A DNA stretch of 64,000 nt. It comes from Trichoplax adhaerens. Its lineage: Eukaryota > Animalia > Placozoa. The position numbers and the translations under genes are program-made. The stretch lies in contig NW_002060960.1 of the NCBI RefSeq assembly GCF_000150275.1, forward strand, positions 882,469 through 946,468. The letters run 5' to 3'. How positions within the stretch are numbered: position 1 is the first letter of the stretch; the number at the start of each line of letters is the position of its first letter. Shown one piece after another: positions 26,101 to 38,599 of the stretch. Below the pieces are notes generated by a model. The model had not been told where the DNA came from and ran no database searches. It saw nothing but the letters and a program-made list of their open reading frames with translations.

Positions 26101-29100
26101 ACTTTATGTAGAGTCGTTTTCTTCATTTTGATTATTGTTGAGGATAACTTACCTGCGTATTCTTTATGTGACTTTTTATCACGTGCTAATACAACCTATG
26201 GTAAAAATAGAAAAAAATTGGGGTTAAAACGATGACGTCGCAGGGAATATTATTTTAGGTCTATGGAAATATATGGTTTGCCATCTATACAGTAGTTGCA
26301 CTGTTGCCAAACAGTATGCCCATTAATGTCGTAATATGTAGCATTCAATGCTAAATAATTGTCCAAGTAGATATCATTTTTGACTTATGCGAGCAATTAT
26401 TGATCTACTTTATGCGATAATTCAAACAGGCGGTACTGTAGTGCAGTATTAAAGTAGAATTCTTGGCATTTTTCTTAACACATATAAAAGTTATGAAATG
26501 GAGTGATTTGGTAGGTAAGTAGCTAATAACTTTTTGACGTAAAGTTTTTTTCCAATTCATACAAACAACTTAACAATCTAGATCATTTTAGACCATAAAT
26601 ATGAGATTATCATTGGCGATATTACAAGTTACTGGTGTGGCTTTCATAGCTGAAATTTTATTGGCATCTCATTGCGATTTATAATCTTGCCAATTCTAGA
26701 GGATCTACTATAGGTTTAGTTAGTTTTATCCGATCAACACAAACGATTGAAAAATCCATGACTACTCGATTGTCATTTCAATGATGAAAGACAACAGCTT
26801 TAGACTGTCATTCAATATCATGATGTTATTTGAAGTCGTTCATTTCGCCTTTGAACTCATATTATTCGCTTCTACAATATTTATGATTGATGATCATCAA
26901 CAATTTATGCCTTAACTCATCCATGATGAAAGCCAACAGCTTTAGACTGTCATTCAATACTATGATGTTATTTGAAGTCGTTCATTTCGTCTTTGTAACT
27001 CATATTATTTGCTTCTACAGTATTTATGATTGATAATCATCAATAATTGATGGCATAACTCCTCTATTTCTACAGTCATGGGTTCCTTTACTATGATCAC
27101 TCACAATTCAAAATCAAGTTCAAATGCAAATAATTCTATAACATTGGAGATTATAATTATTAAAGTACTAATGGTCATTTTAGTGATTATAATGGTATAG
27201 CATAAGAGTATTATTCAATAGTATCATGCTCAATCAAGCATCTTTTCATAATCTTCTATCATTTTATTTATTATTTCTAATCCTATTCTATAGTCTACTG
27301 CAGTTTAATGACGGCACCAATGACTCATAAAACACACATGATATAATTATTTATCAATTGCTCCTACCGTAGAATAAGAGCCTTCGCCAATTAATTTACC
27401 AAATTCGAAATCTTCCGCCTTTTTCTTTCCAGGAATTGGCTTATTTCCCGATTGGCCTCGGCCATTTTCGACAGTTTCTTTCGCTTTCTATAATATTATT
27501 GATGATTTAATTTTATTATTTAGTCCATTATACAACAACGTCCATTCCATGATTGGCGTTGTAAAATATGATTATTATCCTTGATTAGCAATGTAGCATT
27601 CATATCTGACAATATTATGTGTATCCTTAGGGAGCAATTGATTGTATTAATGAACAAGTTTGCAAGCAAAAGTCAATATCTAAAGTAGCATGTTCCAGTT
27701 TATAAATTGCAAGGGTAGACAACAAGGGAATGGTAGTTGTCTGCAATAACCATTCGTATCATTTTAGATAGTAATTGACAGTATTAATGAACAAGTTTGC
27801 AAGCAAAAGTCAATATCTAAAGTAGCATGTTCCAGTTTATAAATTGCAAGGGTAGGCAACAAGGGAATGGTAGTTGTCTGCAATAACCATTCGTATCATT
27901 TTAGAGAGTAATTGACAGTATTAATGAACAAGTTTGCAAGCAAAAGTCAATATCTAAAGTAGCATGTTCCAGTTTATAAATTGCAAGGGTAGGCAACAAG
28001 GGAATGGTAGTTGTCTTCAATATGAAATGAAATAATAACCATTAGTATCATTTTAGGGAGTAATGGACGGTATTAATGAACGAGTTTGCAACTAAAAGTC
28101 AATATGGATGTTGGTCATGATAGATTTAGATCAATGGATTGCAGCCCAAGTCAAGGTTTTATCCATTCTCTTCCTCTATTCTAGACGGCCATCGTCATGA
28201 TTGCAATCAAAATCAANNNNNNNNNNNNNNNNNNNNNNNNNNNNNNNNNNNNNNNNNNNNNNNNNNCTTTTACTATCCAGGATGTTGGTCATGTATAAAT
28301 TTACATCAATGGATAGCAGCCCAAGTCCAGGTTTTATCCATTCTCTTCCTCTATTCTAGACAGCCATCGTCATGATTGCAATTAAAAATTTAATAATGGC
28401 CAACCCCAAAATCCACTGGGATTGTCCTATTCTCATAGCACTTTTACTATCCAGGATGTTGGTCATGATAGATTTACATCAATGGATAGCAGCCCAAGTC
28501 CAGGTTTTATCCATTCTCTTCCTCTATTCTAGACAGCCATCGTCATGATTGCAATTAAAAATTTAATAATGGCCAACCCCAAAATCCACTGGGATTGTCC
28601 TATTCTCATAGCACTTTTACTATCCAGGATGTTGGTCATGATAAATTTACATCAATGGATAGCAGCCCAAGTCCAGGTTTTATCCATTCTCTTCCTCTAT
28701 TCTAGACAGCCATCGTCATGATTGCAATTAAAAATTTAATAATGGCCAACCCCAAAATCCACTGGGATTGTCCTATTCTCATAGCACTTTTACTATCCAG
28801 GATGTTGGTCATGATAGATTTACATCAATGGATAGCAGCCCAAGTCCAGGTTTTATCCATTCTCTTCCTCTATTCTAGACGGCCATCGTCATGATTTCTC
28901 ATTAAAAATTTAATAATGGCCAACCCCCAAATAAACTCGGATTGTCCTATTCTCATTCTCATTACACTCTTTTTTATCCAGGATGTTGCTCATGAAAGAA
29001 TCAATGGATAGCAGCCTAAGTCAAGGTAGACGATACGAATTTTATCCATTCTCTTCCTCTATTCTAGACAGCCATCGTCATGATTGCGTTTAAAAATTCA

Positions 29101-32100
29101 ATAATAGCCAACCCCCCCCCCAATCAACTGGGTTTGTCCTATTCTCATTCTGATTGCACTTTTCATCAAGGATGTTGGTCATGATGAAATCATTGGATAG
29201 CAGGATAATTTAAAAATTCCATAGCCAACCCAGAGATCAACTTGGATTCATCTCTTATTCTTGGAGGTTGTTGATCATGATGAAATCAAAGGATAGCAGC
29301 CCAAGTCAAGGTGGATGATGTCAATTGAATTCCTTCTCTTCCTCTACTCTAGACGGCCATGGTCATGATTGCAATTAAAAATTCAATAATGGCCAATGCA
29401 AAGATCAACTCTGATTGTCCTATTCTCTACACACGATTTCAATAGATTCAAATTTATAACCATTAGAATAGGGAAATGGGACTTTTCATCCAGGATAGTG
29501 GTCAAGATGGAAGCAAAGGAGAGCAGCAGCCCAAGTCAATCACTAAGAGATCCATGTCAATTTTATTGCCATTCTCGTCCCTCTCTTTGATTGTAATCGC
29601 TATCCTTGCATTTCCAAATTGAAATGGCCAAGCTAGAGATCGACTGAGATTGTCCTATTCTCAACATGATTGATTGAATGCATTCCCATTGCCAAAGTTA
29701 CAAGAGGGAAAGGACACTTTCAGCAAGGATGTTAGTCGTCCCTTTCTCTTCTTCCATCTTACACTACCGTAGTCATGATTGCAGATCCAAATGTACTGGC
29801 TAACATGGAGATCATTAGTCTGATTACAAGGTTGTCAACTCCAGTTTAAAGGGATGAGCATGACCTAAGATAGAGTAGTAAAATGGACATCGCCAACGAT
29901 GTCCATCATGATCAAATACATCCAGGGTAGGGATCTAGCCGATCTGATCGACTTCTTCCAACCAGGAGGAAAAGGTCGCCAAGTCAAAATTGACTTTGTA
30001 TTTCCATTCTCTCCATTCGACATGGTGGTCATGTTGAATTTAGAATAAAAAAATCAATCAGCCCTGTTGTCTACTGTCGCTAGTCTGACTGCCATCTTGT
30101 CTATTTCCATTTTTACTAGAATCGATTGCCATCAAACTGCAGAGTAGGCTAGTTGCCCTTGCCATCGATTGATGGATGGCAGCCAATGCGTGCTCAAAGT
30201 CAATTTTATCCTCCACTGACATGATTCATTGACCATGACCAGAATCAAGTCGAATGGCCATTGATTATTTATTTTGGTAGTCATTGGATTGCAATCCAAT
30301 GACATCGAGTAATCAAGCATCGTAAGGATGATTCAATCAATGCCTGAACGAATACATGATTCTGTTCATGTCCAAGTAAAAGTAGAATTGATTCATGATC
30401 GCTTACTACCATGGGGGAAAAAAAAATAAAAAGACTGATTGGAATCTTGAGGAGCAATCCGTTTCCAAAAAAACAAAAAAGACTGATTGGAATCTTGAGT
30501 AATCCGTTTCAAAACAACCAAAAAAACTGATTGGAATCTTGAGCAATCCGTTTCCCCAAAAATAAAAAAGACTGATTGGAATCTTGAGCAATCCGTTTCC
30601 CCAAAAAATAAAAAGACTGATTGGAATCTTGAGCAATCCGTTTCCCAAAAAAATAAAAAGACTGATTAGAATCTTGAGCAATCCGTTTCCCCCAAAAATA
30701 AAAAGACTGATTGGAATCTTGAGCAATCCGTTTCAAAATGGATTGCAAAAATGAATGGAAAAAAAACATTCTTGACAAAGGTGCATTTCTCCTTCTCATG
30801 GCATCTAGCCGAAGCCAACAACAACATCTCTTCTCATTACTATCGGCAGTCATGATTTATGTTGATAGACGGTCCTACCAAGAAGAAGAGATTGTAATGT
30901 TGTTGACTGCGTTGAGATGCTGTTAAGGAGGGGGGAAAAAAAACAGAGTCTTCCTTTCATATTTAAAGCAACCAATAATCCAAAATGAAATAAAAAACTA
31001 GTTTACTGTGCACATTTCTCTTCATCGTCGGCATCATGATGGCAGTCATGATCCTACATCAAGAATGAAGAATCATGGTAAAACTTGTCAAGACACGTTG
31101 ATTTAAAATGACTAATAGCTGATGATGATGATTGCCCAATAACGATGATGAAGAAAGGTGGGCTACATCCACTCTCTTCATCGTCGACATCATGATATCA
31201 GTCATGATCCTACAGCATGCCATCAAGAATCAAGAATGATGGCAAAACTTATCAACACAAGTTGATTTGAAACGACCAATAGCTGATGATGATGGCTCAA
31301 TAACGATGATGAAGAACGGTGGGCTGCTTCCACTCTCTTCATCGTCGACATCATGATATCAGCCATTCTTGGCTGCCATAGTTATGATCCTCCATTAAAC
31401 ATGCTCAAGGTAAAGCATCTCAACAAAATCGATTGCATGACATGGTATTCGTTTCCCATAGCTTAATGATGATGGTCAAGAACGACGAGGAAGAACAGCA
31501 GTAGATACCATCCACTCTCTTCATCGTCGACTCTAATGGTGAAGATCTTACATCTAGAAGTACATAATCACTACCAACGTCTTGAACTTAGCCATCGCTC
31601 AATGATGACATGATGGTCAAGAACGACGAGGAAGAAAAGCAGTAGATACCATCTACTCTCTTCATCGTCGACTCCAACGGTGAAGATCCTGCATCTAGAC
31701 AAGCACAATCACTGCCAACGTCTTGAACTTAGCCATCGCTCAAGGATAACATGATATGATGGTCAAGAACGATGAGGAAGAAAAGTAGCACTCTCTTCCT
31801 CATCGACTCTAATGGTGAAGATTCTACACTACAGCTAGACGAACCATCACTGTCAACGTCTAATAAAGAAATCGATTTGAAAGACGAGAGGACTGGATGA
31901 TATTGCATCGGCTACAAATGTCAAGAATGGCGAGAAAAAAAAGATGAACTACTTCTACTCTCTCGGTCGTCGATGTCATGATGGTAAGAGCCATCGTAAA
32001 CAGCAATAGCAAGGACTTTTGAAGCCATTTTTTCACCTCTTTATTCAAAGAGAGCAAAATCGCAAACTGGTCTAGGCATTAAAATACAAGAAATTGTCGT

Positions 32101-34678
32101 AGGGAGGGGAAAAAAATTGTTCAATAGTCCTTAGCAGGAATGATAATTCTATCGTACTATCCAAATGAATAGTCGTTGTAAAACTTTTCAAACACATCAA
32201 ATAGGACTGCATGAACATTGGTGACCAATCGCTTAGTGGTCCTTGCCAATGACGATGAGGAAGAAAAGTCGGGGGCTACTTCCACTCTCTTCATCGTCCT
32301 CCTTTGCCAGAGAGGAATAGCAAAGAAACAAGTCAGGATAAAACAGTCAATCGGTCTCAATGGTAGGGATTATTAAAATCATGCAGTTGCATTAATCATG
32401 ATTAATGATTGTTAATCATCGTCAGCGATGAAAAATAATCCCTCTCTTTTGTAGTGGCCGTCAAGAATCCAATCTACATCGTAGTGTACAATCTATTTAT
32501 AAAACTTGCATCGTTTCTATCATCAACAAGATTTTTGCCTTGGCTAAAAGGATAAGCGTTGGAAGAAAATGCTCTTGTTGATGACTACGCTCTCATTTCT
32601 TGTCGACATCATTATTGCCATCAACACCTTGATCGATTGCTTACTTGCAAGCAACGATGGATGCCACTCTGTCAAGTCTCTTTTCAATGCATTACAAGAA
32701 GAAGAGTTGTAAAAATCAAGTGGTGCTCGCCATCCAAGATACTTACCATGATAATTAGCATGGATTGCAGTAAGAGAAAGATGAACATCCAGTCAATCTT
32801 CTCCTGCCAAAGCCATCCTCGACTCCAATCGATGCTGCTGCCAGACATGGATCATTTTTATCCATGACTTTGATTGCTCGTCCGACACTAACAGGCCATG
32901 CACCCTTTTCATTGGAATCTCATCTCCACCTTACTGATGCCCAACTTCCAAGATAGCTGTAAAGCCATCGATCAAGATGATTGCATAAGGCAATTTGACG
33001 ACGCCATGGATGACTACTTTCATCCATATTGTATAAAGTTGTCCAGGCCGGTACTACAAGCCAATGTACACAAATTGATGCAAACATGATTAAACAATAT
33101 CGCAGTATGTTTTCAAGCTTGTTTGACATGATATCGATAGAATCATCGTCCATACCAACCAGGAAAATCCATTGCGATATCCAATAACTATTGCATAAAA
33201 TAAGGGAATGGCTTGATTTTCAACGGCCATGATGGCTGGCTAACAAGGATGCGATTCCTTTCTTCGACGTACTGTCAGTGGTGTTGGCCACCATTGGGCT
33301 TGACGAAGACGAAAACAGTGTTTCTCTGTCATCGTCTTTCGTCGTCCATCCAAGGAAGGCTATCATCAAGAAGCGATCGAGAACAACCCGTAAAACACCA
33401 CTATAATCCCCTCTTCCCTCTCTATGTGGATGGCAATCATCCTTGCATCAAATTGCACGACTTAATGGAAAACATGATCAAAACTAATAACAACTATTCT
33501 CCCATCAGATTGTCTAGGCCAGCCCCGTCTACCTCAACAAGAAGAGCGTGAGTAGAAATTGAATGACTAGAAAAACAAACGATGGTTCTCTCGCTTTCTC
33601 TTCTATCCTAAGCCTCATTGGGCTACCATCAAGCCCTCTAATCTTACTACAACATCATGCATGATTTTCAACGGCCATGATGGCTGGCTAAGAAGGATGC
33701 GATTCCTTTCTTCGACGTACTGTCAGTAGTGTTGGCCACCATTGGGCTTGACGAAGACGAAAACAGTGTTTCTCTGTCATCGTCTTTCGTCCATCCAAGG
33801 AAGGCTATCATCAAGAAGCGATCGAGAACAACCCGTAAAACACCACTATAATCCCCTCTTCCTTCTCTATGTGGATGGCAATCGTCCTTGCATCAAATTG
33901 CACGACTTAATGGAAAACATGATCAAAACTAATAACAACTATTCTCCCATCAGATTGTCTAGGCCAGCCTCGTCTACCTCAACAAGAAGAGCGTGAGTAG
34001 AAATTGAATGACTAGAAAAACAAACGATGGTTCTCTCGCTTTCTCTTCTATCCTAAGCCTCATTGGGCTACCATCAAGCCCTCTAATCTTACTACAACAT
34101 CATGCATGATTTTCAACGGCCATGATGGCTGGCTAAGAAGGATGCGATTCCTTTCTTCGACGTACTGTCAGTGGTGTTGGCCACCATCAAGCGATCGAGA
34201 ACAACCCGTAAAACACCACTATAATCTCCTCTTCCCTCTCTATGCGGATGGCATTCGTCCTTGCATCAAATTGCACGACTTAATATAAAACATGATCAAA
34301 ACTAATAACAACTATTCTCCCATCAGATTGTCTAGGCCAGCCTCGTCTACCTCAACAAGAAGAGCGTGAGTAGAAATTGAATGACTAGAAAAACAAACGA
34401 TGGTTCTCTCTCGCTTTCTCCACTACCCTAAGCCTCATTGGGCTACCATCAAGCCCTCTAACCTTACTACAACATCATGCATGAGGGTAACCGATGGCAT
34501 CTATCCAATCTTCCTCCATCATTGCATCAAAGCTATTTTTTTTTTCCACGGCGTCGAGGTAGGCGTAGCATGGGCTGCTGAAAAGAAAAGCCATCTTGCT
34601 TCTTTGTCAACATAGGTTTGATCAACCCTGTCATTTTGTCATGTTATTCAACATCGGTCTTACCTCCTGTGACGCCAT
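23179..34678 (-). CDS. PDPK1: 3-phosphoinositide-dependent protein kinase 1 (kinase + PH domain); coding exons 27487-23179 secure, first exon MASQE (34678-34664) inferred
   Basis: [69 protein letters not shown], and PH domain [52 protein letters not shown]; stop at 23181-23179. Exon 27487-27368 lacks an in-frame Met. GCGGCCATGGCGTCACAGGAG|GTAAGA at 34678 provides a phase-0 first exon with good start context. Confidence 0.93.
25675..25816 (-). other. U12-type (minor spliceosome) GT-AG intron in PDPK1
   Basis: 5' site GTATCCTAA; branch TTACCTTAAC (25701-25692) ~18 nt before AG; no polypyrimidine tract; splits the Tyr codon of ERLY|FVLS. Confidence 0.85.
26770..27060. repeat. Direct duplication, ~143-bp unit x2, in PDPK1 intron 2
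   Basis: ATGATGAAAG..AACAGCTTTAGACTGTCATTCAATA..GATGTTATTTGAAGTCGTTCATTTCG at ~26781 and ~26923. Confidence 0.85.
27630..28105. repeat. Tandem array, 137-bp unit, ~3.3 copies
   Basis: ATTAATGAACAAGTTTGCAAGC at ~27646, 27783, 27920 and (diverged) 28072. Confidence 0.92.
28105..29660. repeat. Tandem array, 173-bp unit; >=4 near-identical copies followed by progressively diverged copies; contains an assembly gap
   Basis: CTTTTACTATCCAGGATGTTGGTCATG at 28267, 28441, 28614 and 28787; diverged copies at ~28970, 29160, 29265 and 29480. Confidence 0.92.
28217..28266. other. Assembly gap (50 N)
   Basis: Run of N inside the 173-bp array, so the true copy number is unknown. Confidence 0.99.
30415..30737. 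repeat. Minisatellite, ~45-bp unit x7
   Basis: AAAAATAAAAAGACTGATTGGAATCTTGAGCAATCCGTTTCCC repeated; variation mostly in the homopolymer runs. Confidence 0.95.
31010..32300. repeat. Diverged ~140-170-bp repeats, most carrying a GA(C/T)GA(G/T)GAAGA...TCTTC(A/C)TC(G/A)TC hairpin
   Basis: CTCTCTTCATCGTC-like core at ~31018, 31172, 31333, 31515, 31656, 31790, 31958 and 32285. Confidence 0.8.
33213..34483. repeat. Tandem array, ~447-bp unit x3 (third copy has a ~70-bp internal deletion)
   Basis: TGATTTTCAACGGCCATGATGGCTGGC at 33214, 33662 and 34107; explains repeated ORFs 33213-33551, 33742-33996 and 34106-34288. Confidence 0.95.
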
Positions 34679-35279
34679 GGCCGCCCAATCTTGAATCAAG
34701 CTCAATAACCAGGTGATACGATCAACAACTTGGATTTCTACTTCTTTACAAGGCAATAAAGTGGAAAGGAAAGCAACTAATTTCTTCTTCTTGCTCGTCT
34801 TGTGGCCAACCGCATCCGAAGGGGGCAAGACCACCACAGGGTGTTAGAGTCGTCCACTGCATGTTAGCCTCGATGGCGTCGGCTCTATACACAAGCCAGT
34901 AGCGTTTCCTCTGATCTGGTGGTCAAGGGTATCGGTCACCTAGGGGCATGATGGCAGTAGAGGGTATCACTCATGTCATAGCAAACGATAGAAATCCTTG
35001 AAAAGTGATAGATGATCGTAGTATGCCAACCCAGTCGACCACTTTCCTGGGCTAGGCCGGTTGTCCGGCCGGCTGTAGACTGCCAGTCAGGGCAGGCGTT
35101 CGTAACTTGCCTGTTTTTCGTCTACCTAGCAAAAATAATGTCACTATTGGACAGTTATTTCATAAGGCGTTATATACAGGAAACGAATGCTATGCATGAC
35201 ATCAATTTTGTAAAATTCAGACTCCAATCCAGTTGAAAGACAGGACTCTCTGGATTTCAGTTGAGCAATCCTTAGTGCA

Positions 35280-35990
35280 AATGGTGAACAAGATTGCCAA
35301 GAAAGGCAATTTAAATACACAACTATTCTATCCTATTGGTCTTCTTCATTTCCATGTTGGTACCAGTCTGGGCCAGGTGTATTTCACTGTATAATAGAGC
35401 GCCGATTGGATCATTTTTCCTGCATTGGATAACCACAACGGTCATCCAACTACCTCCAGTGAAGACAGCAAGTGCAAGCTTATCCTTGACTGTCTGCTGT
35501 CTGCTCAAAGTCAACTCAATAAAATTGCCAAGAAAGGCAGTTTGCAAACTGTTTGCTCATGCTTAAAAACGTTGTCTGCAAAAGCAATTTGACTACCCAA
35601 CCATTTTACATTACTGGCGTTATTAATTTACGGTAAATAAATATACGGTCATCAAACTACCTGCAGTACAGTAAATACAGCAAGTGCAAGCTTATCCTTG
35701 ACTGTCTGCTCATAGTCAACTGAATAAGATTGCCCAGAAAGGCAGTTTGCATACTGTTTGCTCTTGGTGAATAATATTGCCTACAAAAGCAATTTGTCTA
35801 CTGTTTGCTCATGCTTTATAACATTGCCTAGAAAGGCAATTTGTCTACTGTTTGCTCATGCTTTAAAGCATTGCCTACAAAAGCAATTTTCTACCCAACC
35901 ATTTTACCCTATTGGCGTCATTAATTGCAATTTTTGTTCCAATCTATCGTAGGTGTATTTGACTGCACAGTAGAGTGCCAATTCCAATTT
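35280..35990. repeat. Interleaved diverged direct repeats upstream of PDPK1
   Basis: ATTGCC(A/C/T)AGAAAGGCA(A/G)TTTG recurs at ~35293, 35524, 35729 and 35823; ACAGCAAGTGCAAGCTTATCCTTGACTGTCTGCT occurs twice. Confidence 0.75.
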
Positions 35991-36609
35991 TTGGACTAGT
36001 CTGTGGCAGGTGCAATGCACACTTGTATAATGAACAGTATATCCTGTTGTTATAAAGTAGTACTTGATTGATTATGTTTAGTTGGATAACTGATTTGTAT
36101 CATCGACGTATGTACAGTCTATATGGTTGTTTGTAAACCACCATACACGCTCATATTATCATTTAAAAACAAACTGTACAGTAATCTTGAAGATGAGGAT
36201 TTAGATCGCACAACTAGCCTTTCTACTTTATGATGGACGTCATAAATTAGTCATCTATTGGATTGATGTGATAAGATGGCCGTTAGTATTTATAGTATGC
36301 CGTTATACAACGTTATTTCTATACTTCTCTACCTACCGTACAATATATATATATAAATATGATATAGCAGTTTCAAGGGAATACAACTTTGATTCTTTAA
36401 CCAAGGGGTACCATCGAAAATAGTCAGAGTGTATAACGGTAATAATATTGAAAATAAAGTTTACTTATGCTCTCAAGCTCGAGTGAACTTTTCGAACAGT
36501 GTGTTGCAGTCAATGTTCAAAAAAGAAATGGTAGCAAATGTCGTTGATATAAATTTGTTTACAAATTGAAATTAATAAATAATTGTATAAATTAATAGTC
36601 TTACAAAGC

Positions 36610-37345
36610 CATCTTATGTAAAATTGGAATGCACTACTTTCCAATCCAATCAACCAATAATAAAGTCAAGAAAATACTTGTACAAGAATAAACCTTTTCA
36701 ATATCTTTTAACTGTCGTAAAACGAAAACTCCATATGAACATTACTCATCTTGCTTGTCGATAATCATTCCATTCAACGATTCTATTCCCAAGACGTTCA
36801 CTTAGCATTATTTACTAACCAGAGTAATGTACAATCGATCTATTTAATACATCTTCCTACCCACCCCATAAAAGTCATTCAAGTTTGCCATCACAACCTC
36901 TTAAAGTCTTATTCTAGACGTAATCATCCCCTCCACCGTCTCAGGAATACACTACATTTATCATCCAATAATTTATTCTCATCCGCAATGATGCAATAGT
37001 GGAGTTTTAAATCACCTCTTACCTCATCTTATGTAAAATTGGAATGCACTACTTTCCAATCCAATCAACCAATAATAAAGTCAAGAAAATACTTGTACAA
37101 GAATCAACATTTTAAATATCTTTTAACTGTCGTAAAACGATAACTCCATATGAATATCACTCATCTTGCTTGTAGACAATCATTCCACTCAAAGATTCTA
37201 TTCACAAAGCGGTCACCTAGAATTATTATTTTTATTCAAAATCTCTCCAAATCTTAATTTTAATGTTACAAAATACAGTATGCCTAGTAGACCTAGAATT
37301 ATTTTTATTTTCATTCAAAATCTCTCCAAAGCTTAATTTTAAAGT
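36610..37345. repeat. Spaced direct duplication (~200 bp; 36610-36810 vs 37025-37215) plus a ~76-bp tandem duplication (37215-37365)
   Basis: CATCTTATGTAAAATTGGAATGCACTACTTTCCAATCCAATCAACC occurs twice; ACCTAGAATTATT..TTCAAAATCTCTCCAAA occurs twice. Confidence 0.85.
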
Positions 37346-38599
37346 TGCAAAATACAGTATGCCTGTATGGAATGGAAATGAACTTCTGCGTGTCAAGTTG
37401 CATTAATAATTAACACATCACTACGAGCACAAAGTCAGTTTCAATTACAATACTTTACGAATAAATGAACGTATTCAAATTTAGTAGGCGCATTTCCTAC
37501 ACAAGACCGAAATGAACCTTAGTACGTCATCATTACAGATATATTAATTGCAGAGACGGCCATTTTCAGTGTCGGCCTTTATTGTAACAACATTACTAAT
37601 CTCAATTATTAATACCATACATTCAATCATTATCATTGGTAAAAGACCTACAAGCATTCTGGACAACCTCAGCGATGCTTTCGATGAGACTGTAATGACC
37701 CAGCAGCAAACAGATGGTCAATCTAAAGTCGTACAATGTCGATTTTCTTGTCTACTAATTGTGAGCCTTGTAGAAGGATAGTTCTTAGGCGTTATAGTAG
37801 CAGAACTACTGTTTATTCTTACTAAATCTTTCGGCAGATTAGGGTAGTAATCAGTGGAAGCAACTCAAAGTAAGTACTTTACGTTAGACTAGTAAACGTG
37901 TCAGGAAGTAGTCTGTGACATAGTTATCCCCATTCCGAATTGGTATATGCTGAATAGCATGGAGAAAATAAAATATGCGATACCAATGCAGCAGCAAAGA
38001 CATCATTAGAGGGCATACTTTTTTAATTCTTGTGCAATATGACCTCGTCAACTGCGGCTTACGGCACAGTTAAGAAAAGATTCAGCATAACGAAATTGTC
38101 ATAAACCAAGTCTTACTGTATTATAGAGTACTAATTCTTCGGATGTCTTAATTTAGATAAATCAAAATATGGTACAGTTCGTTGCGACTAGAGACTCTCT
38201 CCAGAAAGTCTCTAGTTGCGACCATGTAGCGTAAAATGCGAGAAAGCAGTCGGCATGGATCAATATTGTGAATAGTATTCAATGACATGGTCATCGTAAT
38301 CACAACTACCTTACTTTTATCGACGGACCTCAACAATTCTTGCCAAGATGCATAGCATAATAGCAACTACCCACTCTGATATCGTAAAACTAGCTCATCT
38401 TTAAACAATCTAAAACAACCAAAACATCAAGAATGGCACCTGAACTTGACACAGTTCATATTCTAAACTATTACGTTCCTTTCCAAATAAATGACTTTGA
38501 GTGACTTGGAATTTTGTGTTCTTAGCAACGATCGCCAGTATTCTCCTGCTATCGTTTACTACAGATAATTCATTAATACTCGTACGGGTATTAGGCATA

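Noticed and set aside
30415-30737. CRISPR-like regular ~30-bp conserved word
   Set aside because: Intervening sequences are only A/C homopolymer variants, not unique spacers; eukaryotic intron with no cas genes. It is a minisatellite.
30406-30853. 15-aa-periodic ORFs ([14 protein letters not shown] / [10 protein letters not shown])
   Set aside because: Consequence of the 45-bp unit length; homopolymer indels shift the frame
33213-34615. Repeated 60-112-aa ORFs
   Set aside because: Lie in the 447-bp array; copies carry stops and deletions; no recognisable domain
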